NCBI GenBank assembly: GCA_964057225.1
Contig: OZ059897.1
Coordinates: 9,796,001 to 9,860,000 of the forward strand
Length of the DNA stretch: 64,000 nucleotides
Direction: 5' to 3'
From: Auanema rhodensis
Taxonomy: Eukaryota > Animalia > Nematoda
A program made the translations under genes and the position numbers. Of the stretch, positions 40,503-53,590 are shown in pieces. Numbering within the stretch: the stretch's first letter is position 1; every line of letters starts with the position of its first letter. The notes under the pieces were generated by a model, which ran no database searches, had not been told where the DNA came from, and was given only the letters and a program-made list of their open reading frames with translations.

Positions 40503-41191
40503 ATGAATATCTATATGCTTGTTGTTGTCTTTTTCCTCTTTGCATCACAATATGATGGAGTATCTAGCCAGGTAAACTTTCTTCTTTAATCAGATTGATT
40601 TTGAAATTGTAGACAAATGGCAAAGAATTGAAAACATTTGATGATATGGATGAAGATTTGGTTAAGGTTATGTTAGAACATTAAATGATGTTTTAAATGA
40701 GATTCTTACAGATGACACAAACATTCCCACCACCTGAAGTGCCATATAAGGAGAAGGAAAAGAAGGAGAAAAGTAACTTCCTAGATACTATAAAAGATTT
40801 CAGTGATGCTGTTAGCTATTTCGGGTTGTTTTCATATTTGTATTTGTTTATCTTCAGGTTTTGGAAACATTAGGAGGGTTTGTACGAAATGTTAAAGAGG
40901 TTTTTGGAGGTAATTATACATTACTGTAATATTGAAAATGTAATATCTCCTTGTATAGGCAAAAAGACTCCATGTGAAGAAAAGGCTGCTGAAGAAGAAA
41001 AGTTAATAAAAGGCAAACAGAACAGAGAAGAGAAAGCAGAGAAAGAAGAAACAGAAGTGAAAGAAGAGAAAGAAGATGATGAAGTAGAAAAACCAGAAAA
41101 GATTCAAAAAAGTTCAAGAAAACAAACACGAATCTCGAAGAAGAAGAAGGTGGATTCGGAGGATGATGAAGAAGACAATTATGAAAAATAA
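40503..41191 (+). CDS. Secreted, highly charged (Glu/Lys-rich) protein of unknown family, 5 exons
   Basis: Signal peptide MNIYMLVVVFFLFASQYDGVSS; four short in-phase GT-AG introns; AATAAA downstream. Confidence 0.75.
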
Positions 41192-42058
41192 TTCAAAATA
41201 CTTTAAATAAATTTAATAATATGAATCTATTAAATGAAATTGCATATTCCATTATCCAAATAAAGTTTGTTTCTTATTAATCTATATTTAAATATATAAA
41301 TTAAATGCTATTTAGTGAATATCATTTAATAATTTCAACAAACACAACCGTTTCGTCTTTTTTTTTGTTGAAAAAATGAAAGTGATGAGTATTTGCGTGG
41401 GCATTTATCATTTGAAAATAGTATGAATATGTCTCTCACACCTTTTATTTTATAATATTTATTATTATATTATTATAATAGAATTAAAAAAGAAATATAA
41501 TAGATTAAAAGAATACAAAAAATTGAAACTTTAGTCTTTATGAGAGTATATGATGCATTTGGGATGAACATATGTACATATACATACATACAAAGACATA
41601 AATTCGATTTTTTGTTTGCAAAGAAACGTAATGTAATACTAATGTTAGTACATTCGAAAGGTCAAACATGCTGATAATGGGAATATTTGTGGTTCAAATG
41701 ATAAAAATTCAAATTTTTAAATTTCTATCTCAAGAGAATATTACGAAAATCATATGTATGAACAGGCAGATCATTTCCGTTTTTTCTTATCTTGTGCTTT
41801 TCTTCAAATAAAATTCAAAAATTGTGATTACAGGAGAAAAGAGTTGAGTTTTCTTGAATTCTTATCGAGTATATGACTCAGGCCTTAAGAACATTATTGA
41901 TCATAGAATTTTATTTGTTGAGGCCAATTCTTCATATCTTTGCTATCAAATACTTCTATGTTTCATATGATCTAACCTGAATTTATTCCAATTTTCTATC
42001 TTAATTCTTAACTTTACATAGTATTTTCAATTATTTTTATTAATTTCAGAAAACAAAA

Positions 42059-43062
42059 ATGGATAAAAATCCTTATCAACCAACAAATATAGTGGAATAT
42101 TCTCCATTATATGAGAAAAAGCTATGTTTCGGAAAATTAGATTATAGAGTAAGTTAAGAAGAGTAAGATTATTCAAAAAGAATTTTAAATTTCAGACTGC
42201 TTCTCTTATTGTGGCCGTTATGGAGATATTCTATTGGATATATTATACAATTCTTCTAATGTTTGCAATATTAGAACATCGTGAAGCATGTAAGTATGGC
42301 TTTATTGAAGTTTCTACCACCCTTATGATATTATCTTTTACTTAAAACTCTTTTTTGAAACAGTTTAACTGACATTCGAATAGTAAATCTCTAAATCACC
42401 TTTGGGAACAAATTTTATTATAAAATGATATGAAAAAGAGAGACAATCTAAAGAGAGAGAGAGAGGGAGGGGGGGAAGAGGTGGCAAAAACTTCAACCGT
42501 ATATTTAAAAAGAAAAACATAATATTTAGGGAGTATTGTTGTCATGAGTGTTAATTTATTAATACTTACATCACAAGTAATTATAATCTTTGTTGGAATA
42601 ATAAAAAAAGGACCAAAACTACTTCAATCTCATCTCATTTATCTGGTATTTTATATATTTATATAACTATATAACATATAAATATTATTTTCTTATAGTG
42701 TTTAACACTTATTTGGGATCTTCTTTTAACTTTATCATTCTTTGCTATGGCTGTATTTCCTAGTGCACTTAGTGGAGCATTTGTTAATTATAAAGGAAAA
42801 CAATGGAATGGTATAACTTCAAATAACATTGAATGTCATTAATTTATCTTTAGCACGAGTCTTTGGAATAGTTATGGGATGTATATTAACACTTTGGTTT
42901 GTAGCCAGATTTGTAACAACCATCATCATATACCGATATTGGAAAATACTGAGAGCTGCTGAAGATGCACCTTTCTACAATCCATATACAGCTGCGATTC
43001 GGGAGAAGAATCCAAAATCCACATCATTCTATGATTCTACTCCTCCCGGAACTCCTGTATAA
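42059..43062 (+). CDS. Four-transmembrane protein (LAPTM/Mtp-like topology), unknown function
   Basis: KLCFGKLDYRTASLIVAVMEIF followed by four hydrophobic helices; cytoplasmic tail with FYNPY; ATG follows TTTCAG. Confidence 0.7.
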
Positions 43063-43704
43063 CAGTGTTTTGAGAACAGAAAAACAACAACATAACGTTC
43101 TTATGTTAGAAAAACTTTCTTGTAATAGTTTTGTATGAGAAATGAAACAAAACAAAACAAAAAAAGAAATTTCATCAAATGAATTGAAGTCTATTTTTAA
43201 TATTTTTCATTTTCAAACATTTACATCTGCATTATATAAAATGTATTGTTAATTATTTTTAAAAGAATTGTATATGATTTTCTTATTTCTTACTCATTTT
43301 TATCACAAAATATTTTGTTAATTGAATATTTTATTTTTTATTTGTTTCACTTCTTTAAGAAATTTGCTAAACATTTGAATTTTTTTAGTCAATATAGTAT
43401 ATCAGTTTGAATGAATCGAACTTTCCAGTATTTCAACAAAAAAAAATCTTCCAAACTGTTCGTTTTGATAAAAAAAGTTTTTTTTTCTCCAAAAAAAAGA
43501 TGGGTCTCTTTTCTCGAATATTTGATTCACCTTCCTCCCGGTAGTGTTTATAACCATATTCTAAAGATTTTTCTGATTTTCTTTCTGTTTTATTTATATT
43601 TTTTGAATAAAATATTTAAAAATTAATCTTTTCTTTTATGAAAAACGATTTCGATTTTCAAAAATGGGCGGACGATATCACATATTGGAAAGCAATGAAC
43701 AAAA

Positions 43705-46143
43705 ATGGCAGAAATTCACGAGAGAGCACATGCTGAAAATGGAAGAAGAAATGAAAATCATAAATAAATTAGATATATACGTATAGATATTCATATATAT
43801 CTATATAAAGAAATCAAAAAAAAAGATTTGTCCAGTTGAAACGTAGGCCGACTTTTCTCGAAACTTCAATTTCCAATTTGAAACCTCTTCATTCCAATCG
43901 TGGTGATGATGTAATATAATTCAAGTAAAAAAAAGATAGATTAGAGTATTATATCGACAAGTTTATCTATATTTATAGAAATTTGAATACAGAATCCTAA
44001 GGATTCTATGATTGATGAAGCCTTTGTTAAGTTTTATCAGGTTGTTAGAAAGTTCTTAATCAACTCTTATTTCACATAAATTTTGAATACATAGAGAATA
44101 TTAATGAAAACAACAAAATAACCAATCAGATAGATGTTTTTTAAAGAAATTTCTTTGAGAAACTCTCAGTGTTTATGGATATATGAGATAATTTCTATGT
44201 ATTTTTTTAGTTGTCGAATATAAAAGCAATATTGATAGGTATTTTCAGTTGGAGCTTTGTTACCATAGAAACCAACATCCATGTATGTTGTTCAGTTTCG
44301 GATTGTTAATCTTATCAGTTCATTTAACCTAAGACTCCCATTTTTTTCATTATTCTAGAACAAGTATGTACGCTTTAATACAAAATGATTAAAGATGTTG
44401 GATATAATAATATTTACTACAATTATTATTATATTTATGCTAATTTCATACTTTTAATATATTTTTTTAATATATATTTATATTTATATCATCTTATTCA
44501 TTTATGACTAATGATCATACTGATGAAATTAGAGAGATAATTGAAAAACAAACATCATCCAATTATAAGGTATTAGATTCATATTATACTTTTATTCTCA
44601 TTTTACAATTTTATTTTACTTGCAATGCTTATAGGCAGTTTCATATTCTGTGCTTCCACCTATAGGCTCTGCATCTTCGGTTAAAGCTCCTGTTCTTAAG
44701 CCAACTACTCCTCCAACTCCGAAAAATATCCCAGATTTAGACAGAATCAGTTTATTAGCTATTCGCAGAACAACACCACTCATTAAAAGCCAGCCAATAC
44801 CGATTATTAATCTTGCTGATTTGCCAGAGAATGAGCTCATATCTCATCGTTCATTACTATTATCAACTAGGCGAAATTCAAATGATGATAATACTGAAAT
44901 TGATGAGGACAGACTCGTTGAAGAGGAGGAACAACGTAAAAAATCTATAATCAGTGGAATCGCTTTCAAACTATCAGTTTCTGGCAATAGCTCTTCCGTG
45001 GATGCTGTAGAAGATAGTTTAGGTTTTGAGACAGTTTCATCCAAGTTGGCTAAAATTCCCAGTCAATTACCAAGTAATTTTCATTTCTTCCGTTTTTTTC
45101 ATATTTGATTTGTTTCTCTTTTGCTGTACAGGTATTGAAGGGTTACATAATGCTTGTGAAAGTTTATCAGAAAATAGGATCAATAACATACTGAATGCAT
45201 GCCGGTATTGAAATCTATTCAATAATTTTGTAAAAATCTGTTATGTTAAGACTGTATGATCATGAAAATCGAGGATATCTAAATTCACCTACAATTTTAA
45301 AATGTTTTGGAGAAGTAATTCCAAGTGTAATAGAACTTTTATTTTCAAAGAACTGTACATATTATAGTCACATTCAACGTCATCTCCATATCGGACATTG
45401 ATGAATTATTTATCTCCTGAAGGCGAACTTATTGATTATGCCAAGTTGTTAAAGCTCTTCCAAAGTCATATACAGGAAGATTTCAAAAATAATAGGTATG
45501 AATAGCTATTTGATGATTCAATCATTGCACTTTAAGAGACCCAATTCTTCCCGAGCTACTTCAAACTAATCCAAATTGGAGATTACTTCCTTCTGCGGCA
45601 CAAGAAGCTCGAGAGAGAGGAAGGCGACAGGTGAGCTTTATCTTTTTACTTTGGTATTAACAAATTTTTTACTTTTGTTAATAGGTTATGTTGGAAATTG
45701 AAGTTCTCATCATGCGACATCCCGAATTAGATATCGAACGTATAAAGATGGCAACAACGCAAACTGTTAGAAAATGTTTTCGCTTTCAGGAATAAGCTTT
45801 AAATTCATTTTAGGAGATTGAAACAACTGAGATGCAAATGATTCTTGAGCTTTACAGCATTAGAGAGCATTTTGATCCATTTCTTCAACGATTATTTTCA
45901 TGTTTTTTAACAGAAAATAACAAATTTCAGTAAGTTAATTTTCAATATAATTGTTTACAAATATTTTGTATATTCAAGTTTTTCTGCGTTTGTTGGTTGC
46001 TTAGAAAATATAAAACCTATAACGATCAAGAATAGAATATCAACTCCTAAAGCTCCATGGCTTGAACCACCCTTAGAGGTTTGATCATATTTTCAACATA
46101 ATAGCTATATTCTTCATTTTTTAAGGGTATACAGAAAAAATAA
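43705..46143 (+). CDS. Uncharacterised protein with degenerate EF-hand-like motifs; likely alternative start at 44504
   Basis: Exons splice in frame from 44504/44635 to the stop at 46143; RLYDHENRGYLNSPTILKCF and LIDYAKLLKLF. The upstream exons (43705-44040) are less certain. Confidence 0.6.
44259..44272. promoter_or_regulatory. X-box (RFX/DAF-19 site) GTTACCATAGAAAC
   Basis: Full match to the X-box consensus GTHNYY-AT-RRNAAC, about 230 bp upstream of the ATG at 44504. Confidence 0.65.
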
Positions 46144-46667
46144 AGAAAAATATATGAAATGATAAGATACAATTCTTGAAAAAAGTTCTCATTTTTTGGA
46201 ACTATTATATGAAACTATCAGATTTCTATTAATAACGATTGAATTATATATTTTATGTATTTTTTATGTATTAATTATTCGCAGGAATGCCAATCTACTT
46301 TCAAAAATGTTCAACACATGCGGGAAATTAATAAAAAATTTGAAAATGAAATTGTATTGTGCGCCATCATTATTTTAATGTCCCAGATTTAACGAGCGGT
46401 TGAAGTTTAGTTTATTAACAGAATACGCTTATTGAAAGCATATTAGTCAAGAAAAAACGAATACGAATTGAAACAGGAAGTATTATTCATTGGAATACAT
46501 TATTTAAAAATGACCAGAAAATTAACATGAAACAATAAGCGGGCTGATGGTAAACAATCAATCTTCTAATGAAATTGAGCAATAATCTAAAGTACTTAAA
46601 CGTGGATAGATTCAGTTCAAATAAAGTTATTAATTCACAGAAATATGATTAAATCAAATAAATAACT

Positions 46668-49600
46668 TTATGACCAAGCTGCTTTTAGAGCATTATTCCT
46701 GGCTAACCGTTTTGAAATAATAGAACCAACAATGAGACCGAAAAGGACAAGTGAAATAAGTAAATGATCAAAATCATCCTTCAATATGTCGAAAGTGCCA
46801 GATGGGTTAAGACGTGTGTAGAATAAGTCAACTCCATAAGCAAGCATAAGACTAGTGGATTCTAACCCGGAAGCACTGAAAACACATAGATTCATATTTG
46901 AATTCATTAATAAAAAAGATTCTTACGCTGTCTTGATTCCTCGTACACGGTAAACAGTTTGGTTATAGTTTACCATATCTTCGGTAGCAATACGTATTTC
47001 GGGCATGTACGGAATCATCATTTCTTCTCTCATCTCCTGAAAATTTTAAATATTTTATTTATTCTTTGTATAAAAAGTTATACTTGTGTGAGTTCGAGAG
47101 GGCGGTTAGCATCAATTAGTTTTCTTGAAACTTCATGAATGCCACCAAATGGCAAGGCAAGTAAAATAGATCTAGTTGTGAGACCTTGTTCTATAAGTTA
47201 AAATATTAAGAGTGCACTGGTAATTAGGGAATGTACCTGTTTCAGTTACGGCCATAGCATCAACTCCATGAGCATAAACATAGCTCTGAGCATTAACTTC
47301 TGGTGCTTTTTTGGTTGGAACAAATGAATCAAATTGCTCCTGAAACAACACTTAAATTCAATCAAGTAAATACTATTCAATTACCTCGTTGGTCAATTCC
47401 TCTCCTTCGTATAATTCAATAATTCCAATCTCAGTACGTCTGCTCTTTTCTGACCAATATGAGTAGACAACCCAATTTTCACAGTGAACAACATGAATAG
47501 GCTCCGCAACTTTAGTTGTTTTAGCAGTATGTACAATTTGTCCAGTAACAGAATCAATCATGTACAACATTAAATTTTGTGAAACATCATCCAAGGTAGC
47601 AACAGCAATCTATAAAAATATCGTTTGATAAATAAAAAGTATAACTATTACCAAATTAGGGTTAACATATTTATATTGAACATTTCTATCAATAAGTACA
47701 CGTCCTTGAGAGTGAACCTTTTCTGAAAAATGAAAAATAAAAAATATATATAAACCAATACACCTAACCATGTAGGGGTTTGCTCTTTACGCTAATGATC
47801 TTTTCAGATTTGCCTAAGTTGAGATCAACAGACCAGGTTGGTGAAGTTTTCAGTGTTTTCAGCGAAAGAACAAATCCTTCTAGACCTTTAGATGTAATAG
47901 ATGAGAAATACATTTCAGCTACAGTCGAATCAATCTCGCTTGTAATTGGTGGATAAAGAGAAACCTAAACATAGCCTTCAAAGAAGAATCTTTTCAAAAT
48001 GACGAACTCTGTTTCCTTGTTCAATAATTAATAGCGTTTGAAGATGATCAGTATCAGTAATTGGTAAAAGATTCACACTCTTGATTTGAGATGAAAGTTG
48101 TTTTCTTTCAACAATCGCTCCAGTAATAGGATTGAAGAATACAAGACAGCCTGCCTTAGTTTTCTAAAAAATATCTTTTTGAGAATATAAGAAAACAAAA
48201 AAACTTACAGCATCTTGGAAAGCAACGGCAGCTTGTCCATTGAGTTGATAGAGAGCAGTAGAGCGTTGAATGAACAAAGGTATCTGAATAAGATAATTAA
48301 CATTGGCTTACAAGTAGAATACTGACTCTCTCTTCTCCTAAATCAGACTTAAGTGATGCAAATCTTTCTCCAAGCCATAACTTCCATACAGTGCGACCAC
48401 CTTCACTGTCAATACCGAATACAGAACCATCGAGGGAAACAACAACAATAATTTTATGAAGATTAAAATAATCTCTTTCCAAAGAATTGTCGTCAGAACT
48501 GAAACGAATATTACTCATAGAGGAGAATATTAATTTCTTACAGATCATCCTTTGGAGTGTTCTTAACAATGTCGATAAGTTGAGAGAAAGATCCAACTTT
48601 CGATGAAATTCTCGAGAGAGATGCAATCTGCAAATTATATTTTTCACTTTGCTGATAGAAGCAGACAAACCTGGTGAATAGTACGGAAGAAGTATTTTTG
48701 AACTTGAATAACTTGAGAAATAACTCTTCTGATAAATGAAGAAATGATGTTACCTAGACAAATAGCAGCTTAATATATCAGAATGAAATCTGGAACTCAC
48801 CTTCTTGAGTTGCGAACTCATCTTCAATCATTCTTTGAGATTCAGACAGTGGCAAATCGACCATTTCCACAGAGATTAACCGAGCCAAACCTTCTTCACG
48901 ATGCCATTCAGACTGGACTTGAGCCAAATCGGATGCAATAACAAGGAATTCAATTCTAAATCAAACAAACAATACGAAGCGTTATGGGATCTTATAAACC
49001 TGCAATCTTGATAGACTACGAGAAGTTCAATTTCTTTCTTAACAGCACTGGAATAGACTTCCTTGACTTTAACATCAGAGAAAGGTAAATCAAGCTAAAT
49101 TAGTATGAATGAAATTTTTAAAGTCAAGTAACTAAAGTACAGAGAAAGTTTCTTTTCCACTAGCTTTATCGAATCCTAAAATCTTTCCATTGACAATAGC
49201 AATACCATGTTTCTCAACAGAAGAAACAGCATCAGCAGATTTAGACAATTTTTTAATCTGCGAATAAAAGAATATTAAAAGACTTATAAAAACAAAATTT
49301 ACCTCGGATTGTTTGGAAAGTGAATAAACTGTTGTAGAAGATTCGGCGATAACCGCAATTATATCGTCCTCGATAGATTTCACAGATCTGATATATCAGC
49401 AATGATATATGGGAATAATTAATAAAACTAACTTAATATTGGCAACATTCAACTGCTTTGTTGCTCCGGTAGCAACGTCAACGATATGCACTGTATTATC
49501 ATCGTGACAAACCACAAAACTAGAAGCAGAGAGGCACCTGGAAAAATATTATCTACGAAAGTTCATTTGGAATGTAACCGAGTCTAAGATATATATTTAA

Positions 49601-50503
49601 GAAATAGTAAAAAAACAAATAAGTTAAATATAACAAAAAAGACAACACATACTTCGAATTCCGAGTTCCTATGGCTACTGTGGTTTGAGGGTTAAGCTTG
49701 GAATCAGAGATGGCTGAGTAACTCAACTGAGTTCCCGTAAGGGAAACATAAACTAATTTATCTTTGAAGGACAAAATAGAACTCCAATCTCTGAAAATCA
49801 AGTCAAATCAAAATCAAAAACACTGTTTCAAAAATAGTACCCCTGTGGTGCTTGAATATTCCATTCTTCAGTTCCAGACAGACTGAATGAAGAAACAGCT
49901 CCTCCAGTACATGTAATCAAGGAAGATTTATGTAAAAGCAAAGAAGGTTGTCTATAAATATATATATATAGTTAATTGAAAAGCTTCAAGAAAATTCATA
50001 CACAGAAGGGAAAAGGTCAATCAAAACGTTTTGCCAGACCATTGCTCCCGTAACTTTATTCCATACTCGAACGACACGTCCACCGTCGGACAATGAATAA
50101 ACATCTAAATAATACATATTTAATTAGTTTAATGAAGTATTAATAAACTTGAATCATCAGAAACTATGGGAAGATCGGTGTTTCCATTATTTTCTTGAAT
50201 TCTTCTCCAGTCTAAATTAAATAAAATAAGGAACATACAATCTATTTCCCTTACTAATAGCTCCACTTCCGAGAGTAATAGAAGAGAAAACCTTCTCTTT
50301 GGTTGATACTAATAAATTATGTCCTTGGAAAGAAGTTCTATCAAACAAAACTTCCACTGGGCATCCTACATATTGGGTTCTCCTGAAAACGAACAGCTTA
50401 ACACGAAATGAAAACTTCGTTACCAGTCAAATTTCCCCACTTGATCTTCGAATAAGGCTAAACATATAGGAAGTAAAGCCAGAAACAGTATGTTTCGGCT
50501 CAT
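46668..50503 (-). CDS. emc-1: ER membrane protein complex subunit 1
   Basis: Signal peptide then [11 protein letters not shown]; [71 protein letters not shown]-terminal TM helix. Confidence 0.95.
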
Positions 50504-50695
50504 GATTTGACCCTAAACAAAACAAAAACATGAATTATGATTTACATATGATAGTTAAAAGTATAGAGTACATGAAACTCATAGTAGTAAAATGTACAAT
50601 TCAATATGCATAAAAACAAGTGGAATTTATTTAAATTTCAACAATGCGAACAAAAATTCATTCGCGACCCGTAATGTGAAAAGGTAGATGAGAGA

Positions 50696-53590
50696 CTAAT
50701 CTCTACGTGTACGATCTCTTTCCATAGACGCCATCAAGTTACGATCATGATAAGATGAACTCCTCTGCTTTCTAAAATCAGCAAGTAAGAGAATTTAAAA
50801 ATGAATACTTACCTAAACTGTTCATAAGGATCCATCCTGCTACCAAATCCTCTATACATCCCCGATTTATCTCGAACTTCGCCGGCATTTACAGGCTCCA
50901 CGATTCCCTGAAAAAGGAAAACCAATTTTCACAAAATGAAAGAAAAACTATACAGTTTCTTTAGCTCCTAAACCAGTTCCACTCCACCCCATCTTTTGCA
51001 TAAGTAGAGCTCCTTTATTTTCACCAGTAATAGGAGCAGAAGTACTATTCATATTAAAGCCAGTACTAAAAATATTGTTTTATATATAATTAAGGTGCAG
51101 CAAAATGATACAATGATGGAGGTGAAGGACTTCGTCTTTGGAACGAAACTCGATTAGGTGAACCAGACCTGGACCGTGAAAAAGATCTGAAATCTGTATA
51201 ATGTAAGGTAAAGTAAGAAACAACTAACCGTCTTCTAGGAGATCTACTACCTCTAGAACTTGATCTATTCGAAGAACTGTTAGATCTTGAGCGTCGTCGA
51301 TAGCTGGATGCGGATGATGATCTTGAACGAGAACGACTTCTGCTTTTACTCCTGCTTTTCCGTTCTTGCGATCTGAAGTTAACTAATGAGAAACTATAAA
51401 TGATACGGTTAATACTTTTTCTGTTCAATAAATTTGTTGAGAGCTACTTCTCTATCCACTTTCTCTAGTTGTAAATCATTCTCATGCTGCTTGTTTCTGA
51501 TCATTTGCTCAATTGTTCTTCTTTCACCAGACAGCTTGTCTTGCAAAACGGTTTTCAAGTGCATCTTTCGTTCAAAAAAATCAGATAAACCATTTTTTTC
51601 CCATCCATGACTGAAAAGAATCAAATCAAAATGAGCCATTAAAAATTTATGTTTGTAATCTACTTACGTGTCTCTGGGTTTATCAGAAGTTGGTGGAGCA
51701 TAGAAAGCGTCCATAGCCTCAAGTAATCTCTGTGATGGCGGTACGGGAGGTGGAAGCCTTAAGGCCGATGAAACTATAGGCTCATACTAGAAAAGTATAA
51801 TGTTATATCTACATACGAGTCATTTCTTACCGTTAAGCTCTCCATAGGGATCAAGGGCACCATAATACCAGCCGGAAGGGAATGGTATTGTGCTTTAGGA
51901 ATTAAATCTTCCTCATTGAAGGGATGTCCATCTATATCATCACCATCCGGGATATTCGGAGTCGAAAACGTCTCTGCAAATCAATTTGACAATATGCGTA
52001 CTATCGGATTAGAGCAAACCTGGTTTTGGAATTGGTACTCTAGAAGGAGGAGCAAAAAATCTTCCAAATGAGCCCACATTTCCAGAATTTTGATCTTCAA
52101 ATCTAGACTGTTGATCAAATCTTGATCTTCGTCCTGCTGGGGGAGCAATATTAGGATTAAAACCTGGATCTAAAATAGAATTTTACAAAATTTTAATAAA
52201 ATATAATAAACCAGCGCCATGATGAAATCTTTCCAACTCGGATTCTAAACTTTTGATTTGTTGTAGACAATGTTGAGCGAAGTTATTATGTTGTTGCTCA
52301 TAACCAGCGTACATAGCTTGAAGTTGTACATCGATATCCATTCCCAGCTGGAATAAAGATTGAATATACACACTATTTCAGCACTTACTTTGCAGTACTC
52401 AGCGGCTAAAACTTGTTTAGCATTATTGTAAATCAATAAAGGATTTCTCAATTGCTAAAAATATCAAAAAGGAATAGTTATTAATTTGGTTCTTTGTATA
52501 CTTTAAAACATTGATCATTAAAGTATTTGTGGCCTTCCCAAACACCAGCCAATTTTTCAAGTTTTGCATTCATATTAGGATCAGCTGCCATTTCAACAGT
52601 AAAGGCATACATTTGAGGAACATAACGTGAAAGCATTTGGGTGACAGGGTCTAGTTTTTTTCTTTGACTGAAATTTTAAGCAAGTTATTTTATATTTACA
52701 TAGATATAACTACCATTGATGAGCCCAATCATTAATTAAATACAGAATATTTAAACGAAAACTATCCGAGGACTCCAGGTCCTTAACTCTACAAATATAT
52801 ATATAGCTTTCAGAAATAGTATCTATACCGAACCTGTGAGATAAATACATAAGAATAACTTCACGCAATTGGTCCGTCTGACAATGTTCAAAAATCCATT
52901 TTTTAGATTGCTTTAACTTTTAAAATTAAAATTGTTATAAAAACTGGAAGCACCGAAATAGCATCCTTTGAACATTTGAGATTGTTAAGTTGGTCCAAAA
53001 TTTCAACAAAGGGAGTGAGATCTATTTGAGCTTTATTAATGTAAGCCGAGACTTTTTCCGATTCTGCTGCAGATATTCTTTTGGAAAACTCCATCTGTAA
53101 CTTTCATATGTTAACATTAAAGAAAAACTATTAGTCTACCTCTCGTACAGTAGCCTGAGAGTCTAACTGAGCCTTCAGGTTCCGTTCACTATCAATTATT
53201 TGTTGTCTAAGTCTATCTATTCTCATACGAATATCATCAACTTCAGAATGATGTCCGAAGGTTTGCATTTGTGAGGTATTTTCTCTATCTATTTGGTAAA
53301 ATATGGTAACAAGTCTAAATTCATAAAACACTAACTGCGTTCAATGCTACGATGTACGCAAAACTGATAGTAGTCACTGAATTGTCCTCCAAAAATAAAG
53401 TCAAACTTAGGATTTCCTTGATTTTCACGCTGAGTTTTCAGTTCCGATTCAGGACCAAATTTTCCAACAAAATCTGCCACCCTCTCAATAGTTATTCTTA
53501 ATTCTTCATCTGTTGAAGAAAATATGAAAATTGGATGAAAATGGATGGTCTACCTCTAGGAGGCATAGGTCCCTCATCATAGCGTGGCAT
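50696..53590 (-). CDS. CHERP: CHERP-like splicing factor (SURP, CID, RS-rich and G-patch domains)
   Basis: SURP domain IERVADFVGKFGPESE...PKFDFIFGG; CID with CSKDAIS and LNILYLINDWAH; LPAGIMVPLI; WEKNGLSDFF; RS tract; G-patch NKGALLMQKMGWSGTGLG. Confidence 0.9.

Noticed and set aside
51090-51428. RS-rich ORF as a separate gene
   Set aside because: It is the RS-domain exons of the CHERP-like gene
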